From the NCBI GenBank assembly GCA_003345595.1, contig PRDI01000022.1, forward strand, positions 1 to 34,299: DNA of 34,299 nucleotides, in the 5' to 3' direction. This DNA is from Candidatus Thorarchaeota archaeon (GTDB lineage Archaea; Asgardarchaeota; Thorarchaeia; Thorarchaeales; Thorarchaeaceae). This document shows positions 19,078 through 28,000 of the stretch, in pieces. Below the pieces are notes generated by a model. The model made no database searches, was not told where the DNA came from, and saw nothing but the letters and a program-made list of their open reading frames with translations. Made by a program: the position numbers and the translations under genes. Every line of letters starts with the position of its first letter. Position 1 is the first letter of the stretch.

Positions 19078-19884
19078 ATGGTTGAGGTTATTCCCACCGA
19101 GTTCACCTCAGAAGGAGCGACGGTCAGAGGAAACTTCGTCATTCCAAGTGGAGACGGACCCTTCCCAGGTATCTGCAAGTTCCATGGAATTCCAGGTCGA
19201 CCTGACCAAGTCAGCGGTCTCGCAACAAGGCTTGCCGAGGCTGGTTTCGCAGTTTTGACTTTTGACTTCAGGGGCTTCAGGCGGAGTGATGGAATATTCT
19301 CTCTTGCGGGCGAGGTCAAAGATGCCAGGGCGGCCATCTCACACCTGCTGAAGTCGGACCTGACAGCCAAATCATGGTCCGGAGTGTACGGTGAAAGCTT
19401 TGGTGCAGCAGTTGCAGTCTGTGCCGCTGCTGAGGATAAGCGCGTCAAAGCGCTCTGCCTGCGAGCACCAGTCTATGACACGCTCTGGTTCTCTCAGTCG
19501 CCATTGGTTCGTCCCTCTGCTGATCAGATTGTTGAAATAGATTTCACTCAGATTCACGGCGTCGAGGACCCAGAGATTCGGGCAGGAATGTTTCACAGAA
19601 TGGTGGAAGATGCCAAGGTACATAATCCCATGAACGAGATCTCCAAGATATCACCACGCCCATTACTGGTTGTACATGGTACTGATGATGTAGAAATTGA
19701 CTTGGCAGGAGTAAGGCGCCTCTATGAGCTTGCTGGTGAGCCGAAGGATTTGGTCATTGTGGAGGGCGCGGATCACAATCTTACAAATCCTCGTGCATCT
19801 GAGATAACCTTGAGCACCGAAGTTGAATGGTTCAAGAAACAATGGATGAATCGTCGAAGAAGGTCGAATAGACGAAAAACCTGA
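19078..19884 (+). CDS. Alpha/beta fold hydrolase
   Basis: HG, FDFRGF..SDG, GESFG nucleophile, HGTDD and GADH motifs. Confidence 0.93.
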   Translation: MVEVIPTEFTSEGATVRGNFVIPSGDGPFPGICKFHGIPGRPDQVSGLATRLAEAGFAVLTFDFRGFRRSDGIFSLAGEVKDARAAISHLLKSDLTAKSWSGVYGESFGAAVAVCAAAEDKRVKALCLRAPVYDTLWFSQSPLVRPSADQIVEIDFTQIHGVEDPEIRAGMFHRMVEDAKVHNPMNEISKISPRPLLVVHGTDDVEIDLAGVRRLYELAGEPKDLVIVEGADHNLTNPRASEITLSTEVEWFKKQWMNRRRRSNRRKT

Positions 19885-20020
19885 GCCGGGATTTCTATCG
19901 AAAGCCGAGGCATCCGTTATGACTCTTCTGAGAGAGCATCTGCTTCATGCTATTCAGATAATGACGGCCTGTGCGGTTGTCCTCTGTATTGCCGCTCCAT
20001 ATGGGCAGGAATCATCATAG

Positions 20021-20073
20021 CCGCGGGGCTTATGACCCTGAGATCGATTGTTCAGATCTGTCTCTCGCTTCCG
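20021..20073 (+). repeat. tRNA-iMet 3' fragment, att-like copy 6 (degenerate)
   Basis: ccgcggggcttatgaccctgagatcgattgttcagatctgtctctcgcttccg followed by cttcctct. Confidence 0.85.
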
Positions 20074-20244
20074 CTTCCTCTCTGTTCCGTTCATAGTCCA
20101 TCCTATTAGATACATGAATCATACGCCGCTTGCTCCGAACACTCTAGACGCTGGACGGTACTTGTCTGTGATGAGGACCAGCGTCATGACCACTGTACAG
20201 ACCACTAGAGCCTCGGAGAGGACAGCAAGGGAGAAGCTACTGTC

Positions 20245-21360
20245 CTAGCCCAACCAGTACTTGTAGTCAGGGACGATTACGGTACCTGCTGCAATCTGGT
20301 TCTCGAGTGCAAAGATAGCGTTGTACACGCTCGCATCGAGGTCAACTATTGTCGTGTTCAGCTCGTATCCCACAAGCCCATTGGCGACAGACCCGATCTT
20401 GATACCAGCCGTCCAAGTATCGAGGAATACTTGTTCGAACTGCCGGTAGACGGCCACGTCGACCCTCTTCAGCATCGAGGTCAGGACCACAGTGCGGTCG
20501 CCCACAACGTTCAGACCAAGATACATCTGTGGGCTGTCAGAACCAATCGCCCAGACAGGGTAGGGCTTGGTCCCGTTAGTTGTCACGACGCTCTCTATTA
20601 CTCCCATCCCTGAGCGGCCAGCTACAGCGAAGATGATGTCGTACCCAGCTGTATACATAGCATCACCGAGAGCCTTGCCTGCAGCCGTGTTGACCCAGTC
20701 GCCAGTGTAGGCTATGGTGAAGTTGATTCCAGGGCTGCTCCTGTTGGCACCCCAGACATAGCCACCGGCGTACTTGTTGACCAGCGGGATGTCCATACCA
20801 CCCACAAAGCCGATCTTGTGTGTCGTACTCACGAGCCCAGCCATGGCACCGACAAGTGCGGACCCCTCGTTCTCGTTGAAAACGACGGACGCGGTGTTGT
20901 TGTACACGACCGGGTCCATGTACATGTCGACAATAGCGAACCTCTGGTTCGGAAACTCCTTACAGACGTTAGCCAAGGCATCCATCTGGTCGAACCCTAT
21001 GCATATTATCAACTCATACGGGTCAGCAAACTGAGGGTGCTGACAGTAATCTCGAATGAAGCCTTCGTACTCAGATATTGCGACAGGCTCGACGTAGGTG
21101 AAGTTCATGTCGAAGGCGGCACTGGCATCGTTTGCACCCTTCACACATTCGTCATTGAACGATTTGTCTCCAAGACCACCTGTTGCGAACACTATCGCGA
21201 TGGAATACGGATTGTTGGGCAGTGTTGGTGTGGTCGTCGTGGTTGTGGTTGTTGTGGTGGGTCCTGCCACCGAAACGTACCACCATGTGCCAACACCCGC
21301 GAAGACAACGATGACCACGACAACCATGCCCAAGACCATTCTGTCGCTGACAGAACTCAT
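20245..21360 (-). CDS. BMP family (nucleoside) ABC substrate-binding protein, TM-anchored with Thr-rich linker
   Basis: GGLGDKSFN, KIGFVGGMDIP, DIIFAVAG and TSMLKRVD motifs; start set at MSSVSD. Confidence 0.92.
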   Translation of the reverse strand: MSSVSDRMVLGMVVVVIVVFAGVGTWWYVSVAGPTTTTTTTTTTPTLPNNPYSIAIVFATGGLGDKSFNDECVKGANDASAAFDMNFTYVEPVAISEYEGFIRDYCQHPQFADPYELIICIGFDQMDALANVCKEFPNQRFAIVDMYMDPVVYNNTASVVFNENEGSALVGAMAGLVSTTHKIGFVGGMDIPLVNKYAGGYVWGANRSSPGINFTIAYTGDWVNTAAGKALGDAMYTAGYDIIFAVAGRSGMGVIESVVTTNGTKPYPVWAIGSDSPQMYLGLNVVGDRTVVLTSMLKRVDVAVYRQFEQVFLDTWTAGIKIGSVANGLVGYELNTTIVDLDASVYNAIFALENQIAAGTVIVPDYKYWLG

Positions 21361-21473
21361 TCTCTCTGCCTCCTTAGCCAGACTCACGAGTCTGTCATCT
21401 GAAGGAAACAAACGCACTTAAGAACAGAGGACGGGCGAACGCAGCAGTTCTTGGCAGAGGTGTTGCTTGGTTT

Positions 21474-21493
21474 TCGACCCCCCACTCCCATCT
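21474..21493 (+). repeat. Short tRNA-iMet 3'-terminal fragment (partial copy)
   Basis: tcgaccccccactcccatct vs tcgaccccccgctaccatct, 18/20 identical. Confidence 0.6.
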
Positions 21494-21539
21494 CAGCCGT
21501 CTGTTCGTTTGTTGCGATTCCATGCACAGACCATTCAGA

Positions 21540-22091
21540 CTATGTTCCTAATGAGATCTCAGTTCCAGCAGCGTAAGCTCTGCTTCTTGCATCCGCTTCG
21601 AAGATCTGGAACTGCATTTCACTAATGACCACTCCATTTGCATCGGTGGTTGCATTCTCGAAAACGCCAAGTCCAGGTCCTCCTACAAACCCAGACGTAA
21701 GGATTAGTACAACCGGTTTTCCTTCGAAGTCAGCACGTGCGAGATATGCTAGCATCGACTCATGTGGTTTTGCTCCGTTGACTGGACTTCCTAGCACAAT
21801 CAAGTCATATGTTGTCACATTCGTTGGAGTCTGCAGTGAACTTGTGGTCACTTCCACTCGCCAATCCGATGCTATTAGGCCACGTATGTATTCATTTACA
21901 ATATCCTGATTGAAACCTGTTAGTCCTGGTCGGAATACAACAAACACAGTGCCTTTTGACCCATCTGGATTCTGAACTACCACATCTTGGACAATCTCAC
22001 GGCCATTCAGGGCGATGACAAGCAGTGAAGTGGTAGTCATTCCTGCAATGAAGATTACGCAGATCAGGCCACAGATTCGCTTTTTGTTCAT
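21540..22091 (-). CDS. Membrane-anchored flavodoxin-like fold protein
   Basis: N-terminal TM; YDLIVLGSPV and FEGKPVVLILTSG. Confidence 0.75.
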   Translation of the reverse strand: MNKKRICGLICVIFIAGMTTTSLLVIALNGREIVQDVVVQNPDGSKGTVFVVFRPGLTGFNQDIVNEYIRGLIASDWRVEVTTSSLQTPTNVTTYDLIVLGSPVNGAKPHESMLAYLARADFEGKPVVLILTSGFVGGPGLGVFENATTDANGVVISEMQFQIFEADARSRAYAAGTEISLGT

Positions 22092-22227
22092 GGTATTTGC
22101 TCCACACTGCCGCATGTCTTGCCTTCAGTTCTTCAATGAGTGTTACATTCTCGTATTTGGACTAGCTTGTTTCTTCGATTCTCAATGAACCATAGGTGTT
22201 CCTAGAAGGAGATTGTTCTCATTCAAT

Positions 22228-22755
22228 TCAGTATTCTGATAACCACCGCATGCTTTCCCTACGACTATTCCAGAGATAGACTGTCCGATAGATGATCAAG
22301 CCAACTGTATATGCAATGATTAGTAGCAGAACGTCATTGAAGACTACCTCCATTGGAAAGAGGAGAGTGATTCCAATCGCTGTCAGAAGAAATGTTCCAT
22401 AGTATTTTCCCAGAGGGTCATAGAGGGGCTCTCTCTTATTCGACGAGATGATGAAAAACAGAAACATGAAGACAAATACGAACAAGATCCACGACGGGTA
22501 GAACTGTCTGAGAGAGAATGCATAGAAAGACACGAGGACGAACGCAAAATCGGCTATTGGGTCAAGATAGGCTTCGAGAGGCGATGACGGGGTTATCTTT
22601 TGCCACTTCCCCAAGCGGCCGTCTACAATATCAGAGGTGAATGCTGCGAGATAGAGAAAGACTGCAATCTCAGTAAGGCCCCATACGAATGCATAGAAAA
22701 ATGCAGGTGTCAGGAGAATCCTGAGAACGACAACAACATATGGAGATTTCTTCAG
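22228..22755 (-). CDS. CDP-alcohol phosphatidyltransferase family protein (CTG start inferred)
   Basis: In-frame extension KKSPYVVVVLRILLTP...SDIVDGRLGK...YLDPIAD supplies the DxxDG...DxxxD motif; frame opens at CTG directly after TGA. Confidence 0.85.
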   Translation of the reverse strand: MKKSPYVVVVLRILLTPAFFYAFVWGLTEIAVFLYLAAFTSDIVDGRLGKWQKITPSSPLEAYLDPIADFAFVLVSFYAFSLRQFYPSWILFVFVFMFLFFIISSNKREPLYDPLGKYYGTFLLTAIGITLLFPMEVVFNDVLLLIIAYTVGLIIYRTVYLWNSRRESMRWLSEY

Positions 22756-22936
22756 TCAGTTATCAGTTTCAACCAATACATTATCTCCCACAGAACGATT
22801 ATCTCCTTCCCTCAAGACACCATCATCAAGATGTGCTGTATCTGGAGGGATATGAATATTCGCTATCCATGGCACTCTGTCCCTCGCTCTCTTCTGTCAT
22901 ATGAACGCCGACTCCCCAATGACAGGCATCTGAAGC

Positions 22937-22975
22937 ACCCGTGAATCGGTCTTCAGAATAGGCCGCCCGCTGGCA
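22937..22975 (+). repeat. tRNA-iMet 3' fragment, att-like copy 7 (degenerate)
   Basis: acccgtgaatcggtcttcagaataggccgcccgctggca followed by cttctttcc. Confidence 0.75.
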
Positions 22976-23003
22976 CTTCTTTCCCTTTGATATCCAACTG
23001 CAA

Positions 23004-23669
23004 GTGTGCCGAGCATGCAAGACACGACTCAGACAGGAACAATGGATAAATGTGTCTTGTCGATGCTTCGATGCCAACAGCGCGACTCTTGCGGTGGGAG
23101 ATGTGGAAGCAGGACCGGAGCATCATGACACTGGCAGTGGACTGCTATTCATTGCTGGAGCTGCAGGCAGCGCATTCGGTGTAGTCGCACCAACCAGTCG
23201 CAGTGCCATCTACATCTCGTCGACTCTGAGCCAATCACCTCTTTGGATGTCGGTTCATGCAGTTTCCTGGGCGCTCTGGTATTCTTTGTTGGGATTGGGC
23301 TTCTTGGGTCTACATAGAAGGTATGGGCAGGCGTTCCCATTATCAATCATTTGGTTGACTTTCGTGACTGCTGTGATACAGGTACTCCTAGTCCCAATGA
23401 TCTTTGTTGACTTGGACCGGACTCTGGTCATTCTACGAACCGGAATGGCAGTCTGTGGAACCAGCATGACAGCTTTGACTCTAGTGGCAGGAGGATACTC
23501 GCTCAGAGAGATGAGAGAGCAATCCAAAGACAAGGCCCTTGTGGAAACAACCGGAACAGGCCTCATTATCGGTGGCATTGCAGCGGTTTTCCCACTGACT
23601 GCGGCGATTGCCAGTCTTTCGAGCTTTCTTGTTTTGTTGTTCTTCCTCGAAGAGTACAGAGCCCGCTAG
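23004..23669 (+). CDS. Hypothetical multi-TM membrane protein (true start probably further downstream)
   Basis: About 6 hydrophobic segments after residue 44. Confidence 0.65.
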   Translation: MCRACKTRLRQEQWINVSCRCFDANSATLAVGDVEAGPEHHDTGSGLLFIAGAAGSAFGVVAPTSRSAIYISSTLSQSPLWMSVHAVSWALWYSLLGLGFLGLHRRYGQAFPLSIIWLTFVTAVIQVLLVPMIFVDLDRTLVILRTGMAVCGTSMTALTLVAGGYSLREMREQSKDKALVETTGTGLIIGGIAAVFPLTAAIASLSSFLVLLFFLEEYRAR

Positions 23670-23697
23670 TACTGCCCTTTCCTAATCTGGTCCTTCG

Positions 23698-25005
23698 TTA
23701 ACGTTTCTTCAGGACGAAATATGCAGCTGCTACCACGGCAACAACAACGATTCCTGCTGCCAAGACTGGCCATGACAGAATCTCTCCTTGCGTCACCTGT
23801 GAGATCTCAAAGATTGTCACGTAGGCCTGCCACTTCAACTCCTCATCTTGTGTCGTCATGTTCACCGTGTCTACATCGTACGAAACGTACAGGAGGTCCC
23901 CATGGAGCATCACCCATGGTCTTCCTGCCTTCTTGTCACCCATGTAGACGAAATCCGTGATTGGTAAGTCATGTATGATGTTCCAGTCGCGGTCGAATAC
24001 TGCGAGGTGCACATTCGGGTAGACTGGGAAGAAGGTTGGACTACTTCTCGTGCTCGTGTCCAAGTAGGCTACATAGAAACGCTCCCCATCAAAGACCATC
24101 CCTTGCGACCAATGGGCATGTGGTATCAGGCTCTTGTTCCCAAGGAAGTTCCAGTCGCTATCGTACCTCATCAACACCAAGCCACCAAAATAAGAGTTGG
24201 CCGACACGTAGTAGTAGATGCCGTCCACAAAGAGGATGGAGGACCCGCAGATATGTGGAGTGTCATCAAGGGTGATGTTTCCCAGAGGCTCGAGGTCGGC
24301 AGTGAAGAAGTGGTGACGAGTCCAATTCCCTAGTTGCCAGATTCCCGAGGGGCTGTATTGGCCACTGACATCAAGCTTCCCGTTGATGTAGGCAACCATC
24401 GGATCGGTGTTTCCCTCATTCGGTTCAGGAAGTGTGACATAGATTTCTTTCAGTCGCGTCCAGTTGAAGGCGTCGTATTTGACTATTCGCCAGCCGTAGG
24501 GGTCGCCTGCGTTCTGTGATATGAAGACATAGTAATATGTGCTGTCCACCATGAATGAGCCTGAATCGCCTGCCTCACTCGAATTGACGTACCATTCGAG
24601 GACGCCAGTCTTTCCGGTTTCCTGCATTTCCAGATTGTACTCTTTGTAGGCGTATCCAGCTCCCAGAGATGTGTTCGGTACTAGGCTGGCTTTCGTTCCA
24701 AATGAAACAACAAAACGGTCAGTTGCGGGAACGTAGTTGATGCGAGCAAAGCTGCCAGTCAGGAACTGTTCATCCGGCGTTACTTGAACAGTACGTACAA
24801 ACACGATAGATGGTTGCTGAGCCAGCACAGCTCCGTACGTCGAGGATCTACACTCGGCCAAGGGTAGCGATACCAATACGATGAACGACAGAGCCAGTAT
24901 CATCATTCCTTTCCGTCTTGACAGCCTGCGTGCGTGCATCATCAGCCGATAGGCTCGTTTCCGCTTGGCGTTCTCCAGAGCTTCAGCCACTGTGTCATAC
25001 CCCAA
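23698..25005 (-). CDS. Secreted, membrane-anchored beta-rich protein (possible beta-propeller); start uncertain
   Basis: Signal-like segment, beta-strand and aromatic-rich body with recurring (Y/F)DxxW, C-terminal TM followed by KKR. Confidence 0.75.
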   Translation of the reverse strand: MGYDTVAEALENAKRKRAYRLMMHARRLSRRKGMMILALSFIVLVSLPLAECRSSTYGAVLAQQPSIVFVRTVQVTPDEQFLTGSFARINYVPATDRFVVSFGTKASLVPNTSLGAGYAYKEYNLEMQETGKTGVLEWYVNSSEAGDSGSFMVDSTYYYVFISQNAGDPYGWRIVKYDAFNWTRLKEIYVTLPEPNEGNTDPMVAYINGKLDVSGQYSPSGIWQLGNWTRHHFFTADLEPLGNITLDDTPHICGSSILFVDGIYYYVSANSYFGGLVLMRYDSDWNFLGNKSLIPHAHWSQGMVFDGERFYVAYLDTSTRSSPTFFPVYPNVHLAVFDRDWNIIHDLPITDFVYMGDKKAGRPWVMLHGDLLYVSYDVDTVNMTTQDEELKWQAYVTIFEISQVTQGEILSWPVLAAGIVVVAVVAAAYFVLKKR

Positions 25006-25249
25006 AAGCGTCTACGATACTGTAGCGGGACTGCTCTTCAGAGATAAAACCCTTGTCGGATTTCGCCGCTGTCAGATGGGGAGAACGCGTGCAACTGAAG
25101 AGGAACCACCAAGTCGGACCCACTCTCACTCGAATATCTAGTATGACTAGGTGATGAAAGACTCTTATAGCGACCTGCCTAGCTCTTGAGTCAGGATTTA
25201 GCAACTGACAACGGGTGTGAAGAGAAGAGTGGTGGCAAAAGCAGGGGCC

Positions 25250-27262
25250 ATGGCGATACCATATGGCGTGTCTCTTGAGGGCCTCATCAATGTCATACGC
25301 GCCTGGAATCGGGCACAGGGATATGCAAGACCTCTGAAGGCAGAGCAGGTCGCAGAACGGATAGAAACCGGTGCTAAGATCGCGAGTAGAGCGAAGGTAG
25401 TATGCAATCAGAGTTCATTCCTGATACAGCTCGGGGTTTTGGTGAAAGAGGGCCAATCGAATCGCCTCACCGAAGCCGGGCAGGAAGTGGCCCGTGCCGC
25501 AGACTCCCCGCTTCAGGAGGAATTCAACAGTCTGATGAAGAAACTGATTCTTGAGTGGAAGCAGGTACAGCCTCTGATTGAGTTCGTGCGTAATAGAGGA
25601 AAGGTTTCAAGAGGTGAAATGTTCGACCGGGTCCTTGAGGAAGCCAAGAAGTCGAAGAGTACTACCAATGCTGTAATGGGCGGCAACACGTTTGTTGAAC
25701 TCCTTCAGCGGGCAGGAATCCTGGTAGCGGAAGATGACTCTGTGAGCCTAGCAGGCGGACTTCCTCGTGCCGCGGTGAAACCGTTGACACCTGAGGTGTC
25801 TAGAACTGTAGAAACACCCGAGGCGCTCAGACCAGAGGAAGTGCCCGAAACCCCCGAAGCAGTAGAAACACCCGAGATTCCCGAGGTTCTAGAAACATGC
25901 GAGGTTGCCACACCAGAAGAGGTTCCTGAGACCCTCAAACCTGTGGAAACAGTTGGGGGTCCCACGTCAGAGGAAGCACCTGAGGTTTCCAAACCCGTAG
26001 AGGTACCGGCGTCCTCCGAAGCTGTGGAAGCACCTGAGGTCATCAAGCCTGTAGAAACACCTGAGGCGCCTGCACCAGAAGAGGCGCCTGAGATTATCAA
26101 ACCTGTCGAGGGACCTGAGGAGCCCACACCAGAGAAAACACCCGAGGCCGCCATGCCGGAAGAAGTGCCGGAGGTTTCCACGCCAGAAGAGGCCCTCGAG
26201 ATTCCGACACCAGAGGAAGAACCCGAGGCTCCCACGCCAGAAGAAGCACCTGAGGCCCTCAAACCTGTGGAGGAACCTGAACCCGCCAAAGCTGTAGAGG
26301 AAGCCGAGGTCTCCACAAAAGAGGAAGCGCCTGAAGTTCCCAAACCTGCAGAAACACCTGAGGAGCCCACACCAGAAAAAGATCCTGAGGCCCCCACACG
26401 AAAAGAGGCGCCCGAGATTTCCAAACCGGTAGAGGTAGCTGAGGAGCAGAAGCAAGAGAGAGTGGAGGAATCATCTGAAGAGAAAGAACATCGCCTTCCG
26501 GGAGCGAGATACCTGTTGGGGCTGGTTGTGATATATGCTGCAATATACGCCCAGTACATACTACCAAGCATGGGTCTCGTGTTTGACATGCTGTTGGTGT
26601 ATGGAGTCCCGATAGTTGTCATCGGCTATCTCTGGGGTCGTCAGATTCTGCATCGATCTCTGAATAAGATGTATGCAGCGGTGAAGTATGGGTTTGCTTC
26701 CTATGGCGGCTTTACTGCCCTGGGCTATCTGATATCGCTGGTGCTAGTGATCCTGCTTATCCTATTTGACCCATCCTCTCTCAATCTTCTACAAAATCCA
26801 GATCCTGTACTGAACACCACACCTGAGAATGCTTGGCTCCTAGTGTGGCTCTCTTTCATTGTTGTGGGCCCAGCAGAGGAGTTTCTCTTTCGAGGTTTCA
26901 TCTATGGTGGATTACTCAACATGTTCGGCAATCGTCACTGGCTGTCGTTGGCATTTCTATCATCAATCCTCTTCGCAGCGGTTCACCTGTACTATGCGCT
27001 TGACTACGGTATCGTATCAGTGATCATGTTCACTCAACTGATTTCCTTCGGCATGGCAATGGCCGTTTCGTACTACCTTTCTGGAGGAAACCTACTGGTT
27101 CCCGCCTTTATCCATGGTCTATTTGATGCAACCGGATTCCTCACGATTGCCTTTTCATTCGAACTTGGGGCTAGTCTTAGGCTGGACTTTGTCTTTGTCT
27201 CTCTGGCTGTTCTTCTATACGTGTCGCTGCAACGGCTCGGAAGCAGGAAGGTTTCATACTAG
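25250..27262 (+). CDS. Fusion protein: N-terminal winged-helix-like region, Pro/Glu-rich repeat linker, C-terminal CPBP protease
   Basis: EEFLFRG, FAAVH and HGLFD motifs; about 230 aa of PE/EEAPE/KPVE repeats; FLIQLGVL...RLTEAG wing-like motif. Confidence 0.85.
   Translation: MAIPYGVSLEGLINVIRAWNRAQGYARPLKAEQVAERIETGAKIASRAKVVCNQSSFLIQLGVLVKEGQSNRLTEAGQEVARAADSPLQEEFNSLMKKLILEWKQVQPLIEFVRNRGKVSRGEMFDRVLEEAKKSKSTTNAVMGGNTFVELLQRAGILVAEDDSVSLAGGLPRAAVKPLTPEVSRTVETPEALRPEEVPETPEAVETPEIPEVLETCEVATPEEVPETLKPVETVGGPTSEEAPEVSKPVEVPASSEAVEAPEVIKPVETPEAPAPEEAPEIIKPVEGPEEPTPEKTPEAAMPEEVPEVSTPEEALEIPTPEEEPEAPTPEEAPEALKPVEEPEPAKAVEEAEVSTKEEAPEVPKPAETPEEPTPEKDPEAPTRKEAPEISKPVEVAEEQKQERVEESSEEKEHRLPGARYLLGLVVIYAAIYAQYILPSMGLVFDMLLVYGVPIVVIGYLWGRQILHRSLNKMYAAVKYGFASYGGFTALGYLISLVLVILLILFDPSSLNLLQNPDPVLNTTPENAWLLVWLSFIVVGPAEEFLFRGFIYGGLLNMFGNRHWLSLAFLSSILFAAVHLYYALDYGIVSVIMFTQLISFGMAMAVSYYLSGGNLLVPAFIHGLFDATGFLTIAFSFELGASLRLDFVFVSLAVLLYVSLQRLGSRKVSY
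25790..26480 (+). repeat. Intragenic low-complexity tandem repeats (TPEEAPE / KPVE)
   Basis: Recurrent ccagaagaggcgcctgag and aaacctgtagaaacacc. Confidence 0.85.
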
Positions 27263-27294
27263 GGACCATTGTGAGCGTAGGTATGACCAAGAAA

Positions 27295-27714
27295 CTACAG
27301 AACAGGACTCTCCGCGTCCTGCTCAAGACGAATCTCTCTGCGAGTTCTCCACCCGCTAAAGGCCATATGCAGGAAGAAGACCGAGGAGACACATATCACT
27401 GCAATTGTGCCCCACACCATGAATGAAACAAGAGGCGAGATGTCCTCAATCGGATAGACCCATTCCCCGCCACCAGTACCCACCCAGACAAGATAGAACA
27501 CCGCATCAGGAACCGTGATAGTGGCTATCAAGAAGGGCGTAAGGAAAACAGAGCCAAAAACCCACGCCGGAAACAATCCGGCCGAAAGACATCTTGATGA
27601 GCAGTAGAAGTTTCGGCCGTCCTTCCAGCGAAATATCTCAATAGGTTTTCCACACCACTTGCAGAGCCGAACAGACTGAGGCTGCTCCCCTTGGCGCGCC
27701 CTTAGAAACCTCAT
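27295..27714 (-). CDS. Small membrane protein with N-terminal Zn-finger-like motif
   Basis: CKWCGK...YCSSRC followed by two TM helices. Confidence 0.7.
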   Translation of the reverse strand: MRFLRARQGEQPQSVRLCKWCGKPIEIFRWKDGRNFYCSSRCLSAGLFPAWVFGSVFLTPFLIATITVPDAVFYLVWVGTGGGEWVYPIEDISPLVSFMVWGTIAVICVSSVFFLHMAFSGWRTRREIRLEQDAESPVL

Positions 27715-27888
27715 CGACTCTTCATAGTACTGGAACGTACTAGAATGTATTGTGCGTCGCTTCTAGGCTTGGACGCCGCCAGCATTATGATGCTGACTTC
27801 TGACCAGATGCATCGGACTCACTTGCCTTCTCGTCGGAGCACCACATATCCACAGATGCGCTCATCTGCCTCTTGCAGGCCACCGTCA

Positions 27889-27973
27889 ATCCCGTAGGGC
27901 TCATGCCCCCAGCTCAATAGGAACTTCAGAGTGAAACCCCGAATTGGTCATTCAAATCCATCCCTGGTCACCA
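27889..27973 (+). repeat. tRNA-iMet 3' fragment, copy 8, with a 30-nt insert at position 37/38
   Basis: atcccgtagggctcatg [27906-27935] accccgaattggtcattcaaatccatccctggtcacca followed by tctctct. Confidence 0.8.
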
Positions 27974-28000
27974 TCTCTCTCTGCTTGCATTCGAAACGGC

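Noticed and set aside
25705-26622. Long minus-strand Ser/Gly-rich ORFs
   Set aside because: Antisense shadows of the Pro/Glu repeat region.
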